Shown here: positions 49,001 to 62,964 of the stretch, piece after piece
How the letters are laid out: every line of letters begins with the position of its first letter
Position numbering within the stretch: the first letter of the stretch is position 1
Assembly (NCBI GenBank): GCA_964057225.1
Contig: OZ059896.1
Location: forward strand, 16,182,001 to 16,246,000
Direction: 5' to 3'
From: Auanema rhodensis
Taxonomy: Eukaryota > Animalia > Nematoda
Length of the DNA: 64,000 nucleotides
Position numbers and translations under genes: made by a program
Notes under the pieces: model-generated
The model's input: the letters and a program-made list of their open reading frames with translations, nothing else
Told to the model about the DNA's origin: nothing
Database searches by the model: none

Positions 49001-52000
49001 GATGATTGTATAAATGTGTTTGTGTCTGATGAAAAGATACTCTGTTTCTCTTGTTCTCTCTGTTCATTATTGAACGTTCTGGCTTAATTTGTTGCCCCTT
49101 CATTGATGTTTAGGTCGGGCTGGTCGCAATCAGCTGTTGGTTAGAAGGGGGCCTGACTGACTAACCGCGGGTTGCTGTATGTTGTTTCTCTCTCTATCTC
49201 TCCCTCTCTTGTTTCTTCTCGCTCTCTTTCAGTCTTTTCCCTCGTTCTTCTCTTAGCTCTGATTCTCTCTCTGTCTATATCTATCGTTCACCTCTTTTTT
49301 CTCTCTTTCTTTCTTTTTCTCTCTATCTTTTCACTTCTCTGTTTCTGTGCGTGAATAGGCAAGTAAGCTGGGCAGGAGATGTGATGGGGTATGGCTGGCT
49401 TGGCCACAAGCGGGCGGGGCCCTGTCGATGTTCGTCGTGCCCTCCCATCGCACTCTCAAACAACATCCAGCTCTTCGCTGCCGACATATACCTCCCTTTT
49501 TGGTAATTTATGTATGTTCTCTCCGTGCAATTGGATAATTTACCAGGCGGTTCTTAGAACTAGTTCATTTGTACAAAATACATAAATTGGTAGTAACATC
49601 CTCAGTCATTATATACTGACGACGGCCCAGACCCATATTGGGCCACCACTTCCACTACCACCATCACAATCATCGCCATCACAACCATCACAACCATCAA
49701 CGCCAACCACCCAGTTATAGTAGTGTCATCTATGCTGGCTGTTGTGGCGTTGCTTTCGCTTTCTCAATCGTTTTATGTTCTACAATCTCTGTCTTTATAG
49801 CTTCTGGAAGCTAGACATGTTTCTTGGTTTTGTTATGATTTCTCAAGCGGATTTCCAAAGACGACGTCTTTGTAAGGCCAATGAATTTCTAATTTCTCGG
49901 TCCCAGATTGCCATTGTTCTGAACGAGCTGTTTTGCTTCATTTGCTTTAGCTGTCCTCAGTCCTACTCAAGCTCTTCAACTTTAAAGCGTTTTGTTTTCT
50001 AATATTACTCTCTCACTTTCTTCCCTCGTCTGGTTGATGAAGCCTAATCGATGTAGCTCCTCCTCTAGTCTTCCTGATTTTATACTTTAGTGGATTTTGC
50101 CGTATTCTTCTTTATCAACTGCAACTATTGCAGTTACCATCATCCATGATTCTTTTCAGCTTTTCTAATCTATTATGCACTAATATGGTAAACATGAATT
50201 TCAACTTGCCGGTTTTCTTGTACTTTCCATCCATTTTGACGCTTTTCACTGCTTGAAAGTTATTATATCCCTCCATTTCACCTTATGTAGATGACGATGA
50301 AGAAAGGCTGGGAAGAGCGATTGAAAAGTAAGCTAGCCGGGTCTATATAGTTTGTTGTTTGTTGCTTCAGCATCATTTCATTCGATCTATTGATTCATCG
50401 TCTACTTCTCGTTCTTCTTCTTTTTTGGCTTTTTATTCATCTGACGCTTCAATTTAACGCCTTCTATCCATATCTGTTATGCTCGTCGTTTAGTATATAT
50501 TTGCACTTCTCTCTTGGATGTTATAGAAGATGTATGTTTGTGCGAAGAGCAGAATGCTTTCTTACGCGGGTGCTCACCAGCACCCACCACGACTGAAACA
50601 GCCTTTTCTTTTCTCTCTGTCTAACTGTTCTGAGAACGATCTGGAGAGCAATACACAACAGTATAGATACAAGTTTGTGAGTAGACGTTTTGTCTAGACT
50701 CACAGCTATGAACTGCCGAACCTTTTACCATCCTTCCTCCTCTTTGCACAGAGTATCGACTATCAAAATATTTTCTTCTCCAATTTTCATCCCATCAGTC
50801 ACTGTTTTTCCCAAAAAGAATCAGGCTTCTCCTGGTTTGTTTTGTTGTGAAATTTGGCCTTTATTGACTCTACGAATGTGTGTATGTGTGACTACGTCTG
50901 TAGTTCATCATCTCACAGTCTCACTCTTATAGGTTATCGATTCGTGCGATTTTTGTGCTCATTTACCTGTCACTGATTCCACTTTAACTACCGTCTAGTC
51001 CGTCAATCGTCTGAGCATTTCAATTTCTCCTTTGCTTTTAGCATTGCATAAACACAACTCTTCCTGTCATTATGTTCTTCCTCAGGCAGTGAGAGAGCTT
51101 GCCTCATCTTCACCTTCCTGTCATTTTTGCAGCCGCTGTTTCTTCTGCTACATCAACAAGCCCTTTTGAGACTATAATCATCTTTCTGCTTTTCTTCGCC
51201 AGAATATTCATGTCTTTTACCTGATCCTATTACTATTTATACTCACGAATGAACGCCATACTGGTATCATCATCTCTGACTTGGTTACACTCCACTAGTT
51301 TCTTCGCTCTTCCTCTACCGGTTCCCAATCATCATTTCACGCCATAACGATCATCACAAAACATTTGTGGTACTGCTGGATGAGGCGGCCAGTTTGACTC
51401 CTTTTTTTAATTTCCTTTTATAGACTTAGCTCTTCTATTTTTCTTGTCAATCAAACTTATTTTTTCTATTGCTTCACCATATTGTTTAGGCATTTTGTTG
51501 CATTTTTCTTCTTCGAATATTCGTTGTCGTTATCTTCATCGTTACACACATCTTCTTTTTTCTTTTTTTCTCCTATATTTATGGTCATATCTTGCAGCAG
51601 TTGCTCTCTATTCGGTGCTTGTAAATATCTCTTCCTAATACGGGTTCGCTATAACACGACGATGACCGTTGATGTGGTGGCGCGGGAAACACCCACCCGC
51701 AGAATTCTTCCTTCTCGAAGACGATTGATATCAGCTCCTTCTGCTCGATATTCGCCCACTGAAGAGCGGAAAGTCAGTCGACGAGTAGTGAAGACACCGT
51801 CTCCTCCAATGGCCAAAACTCTAGTCGTGCGCAAAACGACCCCAAAACGAACTGTTGTAGTGGTCCAGGTAATAGACTATTCTACATTTACTTCTAGATT
51901 AGTCGTAATAAAATGTAGTTAATGGGGTAGTATTATAAAGGTTGCTAGATATTCGAAAGTTAATCGAAATATATAAATATAAAAGAAATATGTATCCATA

Positions 52001-55000
52001 GGTTGTTTGATGTATGTGAGTGAATTAAAGTACATTTTGCTATAAATAACATAGAAAGTTATAGAAAGAGAGTGAAGGAAAGAAAGAGAAAGAGAGACAG
52101 AAAGGTAGAGTTAGAAAGAGCTATGTCCGATCAACGTAATGCTCAAAGAAGTGAAAAACGATAGACGATCAGAGAGAGTGCGGAAACGAGAAATGAAAAC
52201 CTAAAGGGAAAGTTGAAGCTTAGTTTAGAGCTTGAAACTGCCCTTTTTTCTTTCTTTTTCATTCTCTCTTGCTCTATCTCTATCATACACCATCTCAGCT
52301 GTGCCTACATCCTACTTTGACTCTTATTCCTAAAGCAGAGTTTGTAGCGAAAAGAAGCTTAAACCGGAAATATTAAAAGAAGGGAAGTACATATGCTCTT
52401 TTCAGAACCAACGACAATCTCCTTCCATGGACAGCCCAGACTTACGGTTTGGTGATTCTCCACGAAGTGGCTCTTACAATCAAGAGGTTTGCATATTTGC
52501 CTTTTTTCTCTTAATTTTATGTTTTATTTCTATTACTTCTTTTGTTCAATATTTCCATGATTTATATGTATTTTTTCTAAGTCTCTCGTATGTTATATTA
52601 GTGTAATTATTGTGACCAGACCTTCCAAGAACATACTTTTGGCTTCCCGCCGAGAGACTATGTACTAGAGAATGGTAGGAATTGAGGGGAATTGATCTCA
52701 TCTTATTCACCTTTTTTCTATTCTCCTCTTCCATATATATATATATATTTATATATAATCATCAACTGGATTTATCTAATGTTCATTCAATCCGGGGGTA
52801 TAATGCATTCATGTAGCTAGTTAAAGAGAATATTTTTTTGTTATCTACCTGCTGGCTTTCGATATTATGTTATTCGGAAAGGGGCGAAAGAGAACTTTTC
52901 TGTTTTCTACATCGTTAAGATAACACAAATGGAAGTGGAAAGTTTGTTTTCTTTTGCAAAACTCCTCTTTACTAGCTCAATGCTACTTTCTTCAACTTGC
53001 CGCTCAATCGCCAAACTTACCCGACCAAAATATACAAACGAACGAAAACTAAACAATTGCAGCTTCGGCTTTGACACTACTTTGGACAAATTAGGGATCA
53101 GAGCGATTTGTGGGATAAATAGTCGTTCTTTTTGAGTTTTTTTTATCTGAAATCCTGCTCATGAATTTCTAGAAAAGAACATATTATGAGTGTTATGGTT
53201 TAGACCCAGAAATCTAACATGTTCATTGGAGACAAAGACTACAAGTCCAGTTGTACCATCTGACAGCATCCTAGCCTTCTAGGAAATGCAACGATGGAAA
53301 GAAAAATTGATGAAAAACCAGAGAGAGCGGCAGAGCGATATGGGGGAAAAAGAGAAAAGGAAAGAGACGAGGCTCGTTCTACGTCCGAACGATATTATCT
53401 TTCTCCTGCCAGTTATTGGGCTGTCTGTCTCTCTTTTCTGGATGCTCTCCTCGTCATTTCGCCTTCGTTTTGGGCCCCATCAGTCGTCGGCCATCCAAAG
53501 ATTCTTACCATTATGAAAGAAGAAAAGGGACTAGTTTCGACACTGCAACTCATTGGTATTGACGCATACTAGTAGGGTTGCCATGACAATGAAACCTATG
53601 GAACATTAACGACTTTGTTTTCCTTATCTCCCGCTACCTCTCTCACACACTCAGTCAATCTCTCTATCAATCAGCCAGCAGATATTCATAGTTATTAAAC
53701 AACACGAGTTGGCGAAAGCTAATTCTAGTTTGAATGTATTATAGAAAATCAACTTTTTTGTATATTTATTAATGACCTAAGCGATTTATATGTTATTTTG
53801 TGAATTTTCTGTGCCTTTCGTAGTTGACTTGTCTCTCACACATCTCGACCAATGATCAGATGCCCTTAGCATGTAGTTCGGTTGGAACTACTTATACGAA
53901 GATCGTGAGATGGAGAGCTGTTGAGGTCCCAACCCATAGAGCATCATGAGAAAGAGCATGAAGTTCTAAGAGAAGAAGAATGCCCGGATTGTAGAATTGC
54001 AATTTCTTTATCTTGATTAGATCGTTTCGTCTTATTAGAAGCTGTAACTACTATCCATCGATCATTGCCCTCAATGTCGCTGTTGAGCTTGATGTCTCAC
54101 ACTACTAGTAACAGGGTCATTATTTCTTGAGCTTTTTATCTTGTCTCTCTTTTTTTCTCGAATTTCAAACATTTTGCGGTAGCAAATCAGCAGCAAACGC
54201 TTGAAAACATATTATTGTGAATGAATATACACATACACACATATCCACACAAACGCATTGTTCCCACCATTTTGTTGTTCGTTGTAGTAGTCTTTTCAGT
54301 CAAAAAGAATAGTTTATTCGTTTTCTACATCTTTTAATCAAATGCAGCTCTATACAGTAGTGAGCAGGAGCATCAACTACATAATCATCACTTTTATCAA
54401 CATGCTATTTTTTCTATAACAAGCTTAACAAAGGATTTTTACTCTGTGAAAACCCCATTTTGCTTACTTTCGCATTTATGCTCCTCTGCCCTTTGGACTC
54501 TTTTCTGCACGAAAAGCTCACAAGCCCTAAGAAGGAAGCAAGCAAATACTAGAAAAATTGATCGAAGGCCAAGTATGAGTTGTTTACGAGCCCTTTGTTC
54601 AGACTCACCATCTCTTCTAAAGTCTTATACCCTAGTTTTTGCAATTTTGTGTTTGTATGTTTGTGGTTCTCGATTTATGGCTTTCTACATGAAGGCAGTA
54701 TGATTAAGAGGCGATTAAGTTGATGAAAAGTGATTTCTCCTTTTGTTGGCAAGCATATTCGTGCTTCCAATCTAATTCCTTGGTTTATATTTCTTTTTTT
54801 TCTTCATCGAGAATTTTTTGTTTTTTGTCGTTTCATCTTACTGATGTTTCTGCTTCGGTTTCTGTTCTGATAATCCTATCCTCTTATATATTGGTAAATG
54901 GGAAAGAGATTAACTGCTAAATTGCTTATATTTCATCATTTTCTTTCGTTATCTGTTTGTTTCATATCCTGTGCTTGTTTATGGAAGCATGGGGAACTTG

Positions 55001-58000
55001 GCTTTGTGCAACTCTCTCTCTCTCCGTCTCATATTGTCATTTCCTCTCATCTTCAAAATTTTTCTGCTATTGGCATTTCTCTAGCTTTCTGACTCTCATC
55101 TCGAAAAGCGGAACAGAGAGAATGGAAATAGAGAGAGAAAGAGATGACAGACCAATATTATTAAAACCTCAACGAGCAGTTTCTCATGTACAACTTACAT
55201 TTATATATCTCTATATATACATCTATAATTGCGTATTTATGTGTGCGTGTGCGTGTGTTTGTATATATGGTGCTGCGAATTCTACGATGATTTTACCTTT
55301 ACAATAGGAAGAACTAGTAACCTGATGAATATTTCAGATGCTTGATGATCTAATAATAGATGAAATTCTTTCGCTTGAAGACGAGCAGCGTCGCACGAGT
55401 GGCAAGACGCAGCCTGTGAGTTATTAGGCTTCCTTCTGCATGCTCTCTCTCAATCTTGTAATTGCGCACTAATACAGTATTGGTTTTATGAACTTAAGTC
55501 TATATGATTATCATCTGCTGGCATTCATTTTTCCATTCCTTTAATCACTATGACTGTGTCAATCAATGATTATCTGAATCCTTTCATTCCTATTGATTCA
55601 GCCTGTTGTAACAAGGTGAAAGTGGCTTTTGGATTAGATTGACAGCAGTATGATGATCACACTGTTGTGCTGTGTTTGTTGAGACTTAAAAAATTAATTT
55701 CATCAGGCTTCTTAAACGATAATCTTAATCAGTTCAACCGTTTTTCAATGCATGCTTTCCCACTCAAACAATAGAGGAGATTGAAGTCTGTAGTTTGTTT
55801 AAATTCTCAAAGTTGGTGACAGAAGTCTGCCGTTGTGTCTTCTTCCATCAAGACGAGCGAAATGTTTTTTCTCACAACTTAAGAGCATGCCTGGATTCTT
55901 CATGCAACTTAACTTCTTGATTCATGGTAGTCGTGAAGAATAGAAGTAGATTCGATTCGATTCTCTTCAAATTTCTATGTTTCTTGTTTTGAGACGTTCT
56001 TCCTTTTTCTACTTCGTCAAAGTATCAAAGGGGCAGTTGGTTCCGTAGAAACTGGAGACATTGTTAACTTTTTATCCAACCAGCCGTTTTTAGCTTATCG
56101 AATAGGAGTTTGATCTTTTATTGTGAATTAATCTCTGCATTTTGTTCAAGAAGCTTATTTCTTACAAAAGTACAGACGAAGACTATTAAACTCTTCCAAC
56201 ATTCACTTCCTCTCTCTCTCCCCCCCCCCTTCTCTCTTTCTCTCTATCTCTCTGGTGTGAGAAAGAACTAGCTCATATGCATACCCACGCTCTTTGAAAA
56301 ATTCTCAAGAAGATGAAGGATAGTTTTTGTACTTTGTGGTCCAATTATCTCGTCTTTTATGTCTTTCATATCGAATATTTCCACAATTATGCCGTAGTAA
56401 CTAGGAAAACCAACGACACTGCAATCGACAAATTTCATGAACGGTTGCCTAGTTAACTTGAGACATGACATTCTATTTATCTGTCATCAACAGTTAATTG
56501 CCGTTGATTGTTGTGGGAAGTTGTAAGTTTGGTGTGTACATCATTCGTTCGATGTTTTGCCTTGCTTTATTACTCCGGAAATTGAAAGTTTGGATGAAAG
56601 TAAACGGGACAAAATTCTACTCTATGCTCTAGTTGTGAGTGGTCAATCTAATAAGGTTTTACCACCTCATTCGTCTGTCCAATACCTCTAATTAGTAAGA
56701 GGACATTCACGTATTGAAAACATTTTATTCTGGTCTTCTTTTCTATTACCATCCCATATACATTCATATACTATTCTCTTCTTTCTCTTTCTCTCCCTCT
56801 CTCTGTTGTTCTCTGTTTAGGGGCACGAGAAGATCGTCCTCACGAATTCGTTCCGGAATATGTCCTTGTTCAAATGCCGTCATGACTATAACAACGAATG
56901 AATGTAGACAACTACTGAATGAGAAACGTTATCCCATTTTCCTTAATACATGTGTTGTATGTGTTTTGTGATGGCCATCTGAATATTACCTCTAATTCCA
57001 TGGACTGTATAATTCCCTTTCTGTAATTGGAAGGTAACATACAACATATTATGAGGGAATATTCAAGAATAACATAGAAAAGGGTGTGAACATAGTAAAT
57101 ACATTTTACAATGTTTGGCTGCACTTCTATGCAAAAAAAATTTCATGATAATACCGAAAGACAAACCTAAGTTGGAAACAATAGATTTCTACTTTCATGG
57201 CTTAGATGTTTACTTTATATCAAACGACTCTCTGCTAACCACTGTTTCTCTCTCAGACTCGCTTTGTTTTCTCTCTTTATCTACTATTCCATTCTTTTTG
57301 TTTCTTTCTTTCGTAATTTTATATTATTGGATCGATAAACAGGCAGAAGGGGAACAAGAAATGAATAGGTTGGGGGTCTTTTTTTTGCTAATACTCTTGT
57401 TACTTTGTTCTTTCTTTTTTTTTTAAATTTCTTCCTTCTTATCTATCCATTCAACTTATAAATGGTATGCTTATCACTTTAAGAAGCTTCAAACTCAAAT
57501 CGTTTTCTTATTTAACAACCGTTTCCTTATTAAAATGAGAAGGGTTTATAAGTTATTCCACTGTATTGAATAACAGGGATTTTGAAATATCTTGAAAAAT
57601 CGATCAATATGTAGAATAATTTGTTGTTTTAACGAAATTTGCAGTCTTTACGGGGTTGTGTGCATCACAATCATACAGCCCTGTCCCAGTTGACATATCC
57701 TCTCACCCTCTCATACCACTCTTCACTCTACCTGTATAACTCTTTTCCTCGTCCTCTTTATCTCTAACTTCATCACTCTCGAACACACATACAGTAGACA
57801 TTGAGGTTTAGAAACTCTAGTGATCGTTTCAATTGAAATGAAATAGAATGACAACTGCAAAGGGCAAAAGAGCGATGAACCCCATTACCCGGCTGTCTTA
57901 TGTTGGTCTGTCGTCGTCCTACGGACAGCAGCTGGTTGAAGATAGCGAAAAAATGGACGACAAGCGAAAACAAATGAAATATAAAGTTAAAAGGGACCTA

Positions 58001-60108
58001 CAAATGATCAGTTCAATAATCTGATTGAATTGTCAACTGAAAATATTGCCTGAGCGCAAAGCATAAACCTGTCCTCTTTGTGCAGCTTGAACATTCACTC
58101 GAACGATCGGTCTGGGTCCCATATCCAATCTCGTTTGCATTTCAACCGTTACATACATCCCATTCAAGCTTTTGTGCTTCTTATTTAACGAAATTTGTTG
58201 TCTGTCCTATTCTATGTTCATATATATTCTTGTAAACGGATGTACGTTTGTGCTCTGTGTTTGTTGGCGTGTGTTTGGGTGTGTGTGTGTGTTTGATATT
58301 CCGAATTTAATACTTTCCTTACGTATATTTATTTTGAAATCTTTTCAGATCTCTGTCAGTTACTCATGTGCCGATAATTTAACTCAGCTCGGAGGCTCGA
58401 ATGCTAGACCAATTCCTGGAGCTCAATCAGGTATGTTTTTCTCAACTTTCGAGCTCCATAGGCTCTTTGTGTCGTTTTCTTCATCATAGTAGCAAATGTT
58501 TTTCTTACTGCCCTCGGACTTTGAAGATATCGATTTGTTTTTATGTTTCGTATCAGCTATAAGCTTGACGTTACTTAAACAAACCCATACTCTGTTCGTG
58601 CTTATCACAGCTTTTTCATTTTGAAATATCATCATCTTTTACCTTCCAATTGTGTCTATGAAATCGAGACAAAATGAAAAACATCATAGAAAGTATTTAA
58701 TTCTCATTATTAAGGTGGCTCAGGTCATTCCGGTAGTCCAATAGCCATCGGAGGAGCTGCGGCTTTCCGACAAGTAGTTAGCAGTTCAGCTCCCACCTCT
58801 TCTATGGATATGGATCAAATGATGCTTGCTGCGCAAGATAGTGATAGCGACTATTATCGTGATCGTCGGAAGAAAGACATTCACAATATGAGTAAGTTTT
58901 CGGCTTTACAACTTGATAGTAAACTTGAATTGTTTCAGTTGAAAGACGACGTCGTTATAACATAAATGATCGTATCAAAGAATTGGGACTTATGCTGCCT
59001 AAAGGAAGCTCAGAGTACGTTATAATCAAGCAACTTTTATATATTTGGTTTTATGCTACAGAATGTTGCTCATATTATCCATTTTCAGAGAAATGAAATT
59101 GAATAAAGGAACTATTCTCAAAGCCTCATGTGATTATATTCGCCAGCTTCAACGTGAAAGAGAGAACATGGCCACATTCCAGCAACACACCATTTCTGTA
59201 GAGAATATGGCAAAACAATATGCTGATCGTGTACGAGTATGTCTATTGAAAGCCTGAGAACAAGTAATCAGTTCATTCACCTTTAGGAACTCGAGGATGT
59301 TTTGACACAACAAGGCATTCAAGTTCCACCGGCCCAACTTCCCCCATTACCTAAATTAGCTGAACGTCCTATTAAACAAGAACCTGATGACAGTTCTCCA
59401 AACCAAACACCATGTGGATCTTTGGTCAGTTTTGATTTTTCTTTTCGCGGAATGTTTAAGATTTAATTCTAAACTATCCTTTCCTGTGTTTAAACCTATG
59501 CTTGTGGCCGGCGTTCTGTCGGTAACATAGTCTGCCTAATATTTCCCTTTGTGTTTTTATCACAACATGACCCTCATTTCGTGTGCTTTTAGTCATCGTC
59601 CGGCTTTTTGGCTCAACTTTCCGATGGCACTGCCGCCATGCAAATTGCCAGCCCAGCCTGTCGTGGAGGACCAATGCCTGTATCAAAATCTCAAGCTGAT
59701 AACTTCTTCAACAACAGCAGCCCTTCGGAATATGGTTCGAATCTTGCTCTATTTATCAATCCACTCACTAACTCATAACCACAATTCTGCGAAAAAACCT
59801 AATTCGATGTTTAATACTCATTTCTTCCCTTTCAGCTTCGAACAATTGGCAACAATTTAATGAACTAATCATGGACGACATCGCTCCCCATCCAGTAAGT
59901 GTCTAATAGTTGGCATCATCGATTAATCTGTGACTGCGTTTAGAACAATCCACTTTTCTCTGGGGGTGATCCACTTATTTCACAAGCTGGAGCCCATCCA
60001 TCTCCACACCTTGGCAGCAGCCAGATGAGTCCCGATATTCAATGGGATCAAGCCGGCTTCTCACCTGACGGTCCCAATGGTATGCAACATCAACAGATGG
60101 ACTACTAA
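43092..60108 (+). CDS. hlh-30: MiT/TFE bHLH-ZIP transcription factor HLH-30 (TFEB/MITF orthologue)
   Basis: Exons 43092-43193 (MIRG...[15 protein letters not shown]), 44390-44524 (MERRETG...SSPRKMQ), 52406-52486, 55338-55415 (acidic [12 protein letters not shown]), 58349-58430 and 58715-58891 (VVSSSAPTS). Then b[34 protein letters not shown]...[26 protein letters not shown] motif, and ...QQMDY* at 60108. Confidence 0.96.
51662..51868 (+). CDS. hlh-30: Candidate internal alternative first exon of hlh-30 (69 aa, basic)
   Basis: GC-rich coding-like island [37 protein letters not shown]...KRTVVVVQ ending CAG|GTAATA in phase 0, compatible with the acceptor at 52406. Confidence 0.7.
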
Positions 60109-61300
60109 CTTTGTACAAAGCTTCTCTCGTCTCCCCCACCTCGCACTCTCTCTATGCCCCTCTTTCTCTCTATCCCTCTCTCTCATCTCTGATCATTCTC
60201 TTGTACTGTACATAAGATCCATGATTAATCACTCTTTATCATCATCTTCATTTTTTGTATATATATTTTATGTATCTTTGTCCATCTTCAAATCCCACAT
60301 ATGTTGGTGACGATGAGAATGCTAGAGCACTTTATGCTCCAAAAGCCTCTAGCTAAGGTTTTATGATGAGCAAGTTGTACATTATTTGATATTCTTTAGT
60401 GAATATTGTTATATATCTGCAATTCTCAACTGCTCTTTATCTCTCATTTTTAATTTTCTCTTCTTTTCTTTCTTTCTTTCTGTCTTCCCTCTCCCAAACA
60501 CATATGAGAATATATATATATATATTTAAAAATATAAATATATATACAAATGACCCTAAAACCGTCTCTTTCTCTTATAATTCTGAAAAAAAACACGTAG
60601 TATATCGGTAGTTATTCATTGATTGTTTATCACGAGTTTTTATCCTATATTCTCTCCAAGTCTGGCCTTCGTTCGGGTTTGCTGCAACCGACAGGAAAGT
60701 TTTTAATCCGTTTTCGACCCTCGTATTCTTCACATATTTCTAAGTTTTTGTTTTTTTTTACTCTGGAGTGTCCATAGTGTACAGCACCATGTTCTTGATT
60801 CCTAGGAGCCACATCGTTGTTGAGTAGGTACCTCTGTCACACGAGGAAGACTGCAGTTTGGCCTTAATAGGACTTCTGCCCTTCTAACCGGCGTTTCTCC
60901 TCCTATTTTGTCCCTTCCTGACGTCGACATTTTCGAAAAAACACTGTCAGGAATTGTACATAAAGTGTATATTATTCTATATAAGTATTGTAAATGCTAC
61001 TTCCTATTAAACCAGTACATGCCTTCTCTCCCGATTCCTGTATACGATTCTGCTAAGTCGGTTCCTCTTTGAGACAATCATATTTGTTTATTGTTTTTTT
61101 TCTCGCTGTTTCATTCTATATACAGAAATTTATTTCAATCCTCGCTGGTTTTGTGTGTTAGTGTCAGATGTATAGACGATTTCGAGCTGAACTCTGAAGA
61201 CGTTTTCTGTCTCACCTAACTCAAAAATGTACAAAAGTTGAATTCCTTATTAATTCATACAGCCAGCCAGGATTCATGTACATAAATAAAATTAAATAAT
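60109..61300 (+). other. Long 3'UTR of hlh-30
   Basis: No AATAAA seen between the stop and ~61284-61290, which is followed by T-rich sequence. The end point is inferred. Confidence 0.55.
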
Positions 61301-62911
61301 ATTCTTTGATTTCTTGTTTGTATTTAACATTATATTGACATATGGATGAATCATCTTTTAAACATTTCTAGTTAAAAAGCAACAATTATATATCAATGAA
61401 CTTTATGTTGTGATGAAAAACAGGAAGTTTTAAAGCTACCGCTTAAGCTTTCAGCAATGCTATTATGGAAAAAAACGGAAAACGAATTAAACAAGCGAAT
61501 GTTCGATGCCTAAGGTTCATTCTTTCACAATTCATAGCTCCAATGTCAAAGTCGGTTTCAACAAGACATAAGACAGAAGGAAAGGAGGGGAAGGGAGATT
61601 CAGAGTTCATAACGAACTGCTATCGCAAGGGGAGAATAAGATGTAAAAGTTTATTGTTTTTCCAATAAAAAACTTGCAGTTCTGGTGTTTTGAAGACAAA
61701 TTTATTTATTTCACCTCTGATAGACGAATAAAACCGCATTATAGGCTTATATTCTGTTAAACGTTTGATGACAACGAAAAAAAAGAAAAAAGTGAAAATG
61801 CTCTTCAAGTATTTATCTTAGCAAGTTGACGAATTAGTTCAATTACTTTAAGGCTTTCTTCGTGGTTACTAACAGGCTCATCCTACATCATCATAACAAC
61901 CAGTCTGAATGTGGTAAAGTTTCCGAAGAAGAAGAGTGGGGTTTGTGTTGTTGTTAATCTGAACGATAACGAAAAAGAGTTTCGTTTGATTACTTGAAAA
62001 TGGAGGCAAAATCAATCAGCACAGAGATACTTGTAGATAAGAAAAATGACTTTTCTATAAATAATCTTCAAATAAATATAAGTTTAATGAATCTATGACT
62101 CAATGATTGTAAAAGTTTGATGTTGAATTGTTAAGAATATGAGTGTTGAAGGTCAATTTATAAACTGAAAAAGCATTTGAACTCATTTTTTTAACTATAT
62201 GCATTTAATATCTTTTTAACTATGCGTATAACTAACGAGGAATAACATTCAAATCATTCATACATACGTACACTAGGTAGACACGAAAATACACGAATAA
62301 TTACCTACATTACAATGCTAAATCACAGTTGTTTTTATGTTTTTTCTTTTCTATTTTGTTAATTTCATTTATTGGAATCTTCATAGCCCCCTCCTTTACT
62401 TCTTCCTCTTCTTTTCATATTTCTGGCCCCAAACCTCTTACCCCTACACACACATGTACACTCTCTTACTCATTGAATTCAATTGATGTATCGTTGACAA
62501 GTTCTCACTGCAGCACAATCAGACCAGAAAACTGTTGTTTTTCATTGAGACACATTTGAAAATTGAGCAGAAAATGTTTGAAAAATGGGTCAAAATGATG
62601 AAAAAGATGACATAAAACGATAATGTTTCTATTTTTTAATAAAAAGATGAAGAAAACTATATCTTATATATATATTTGATGTAAAATAAACTATTTAATA
62701 TAATCTATTTCATATAATTTATTTAATTTAATATTATAAACAAAGAAATAGATTATTAAGTATTTTATATTATAATTAATAAGAAACACTTTATAACTCT
62801 TCAAGTTTTTAACCTATTAGTTAATTGATATTAATTATTTTTTTTTAAAAACATTTTAATTTTTTGAAGATTTTTTATCAAAATAATTCTATGTCGATTT
62901 TCAACGAGAAC

Positions 62912-62920
62912 GAGAGAGAG

Positions 62921-62960
<40 letters not shown>
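62912..62960. repeat. (GA)n microsatellite in AT-rich intergenic DNA
   Basis: GA dinucleotide run. Confidence 0.97.

Positions 62961-62964
<4 letters not shown>

Noticed and set aside
45000-51600. Numerous 60-110 aa Phe/Leu/Ser-rich ORFs in hlh-30 introns
   Set aside because: Expected from T/C-skewed intronic DNA; many start at non-ATG codons and none shows a motif.
19095-55430. Scattered TTAGGC hexamers as telomeric repeats or DNA-elimination break sites
   Set aside because: All are single copies at about chance frequency, with no array. I could not match a break-site motif with any confidence.
2630-60108. Whole window as a functional lysosome/transport cluster (ugt, vps-26, atgp, SLC22, hlh-30)
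   Set aside because: Mixed orientations and no shared motif beyond isolated E-boxes; adjacency alone is not evidence.
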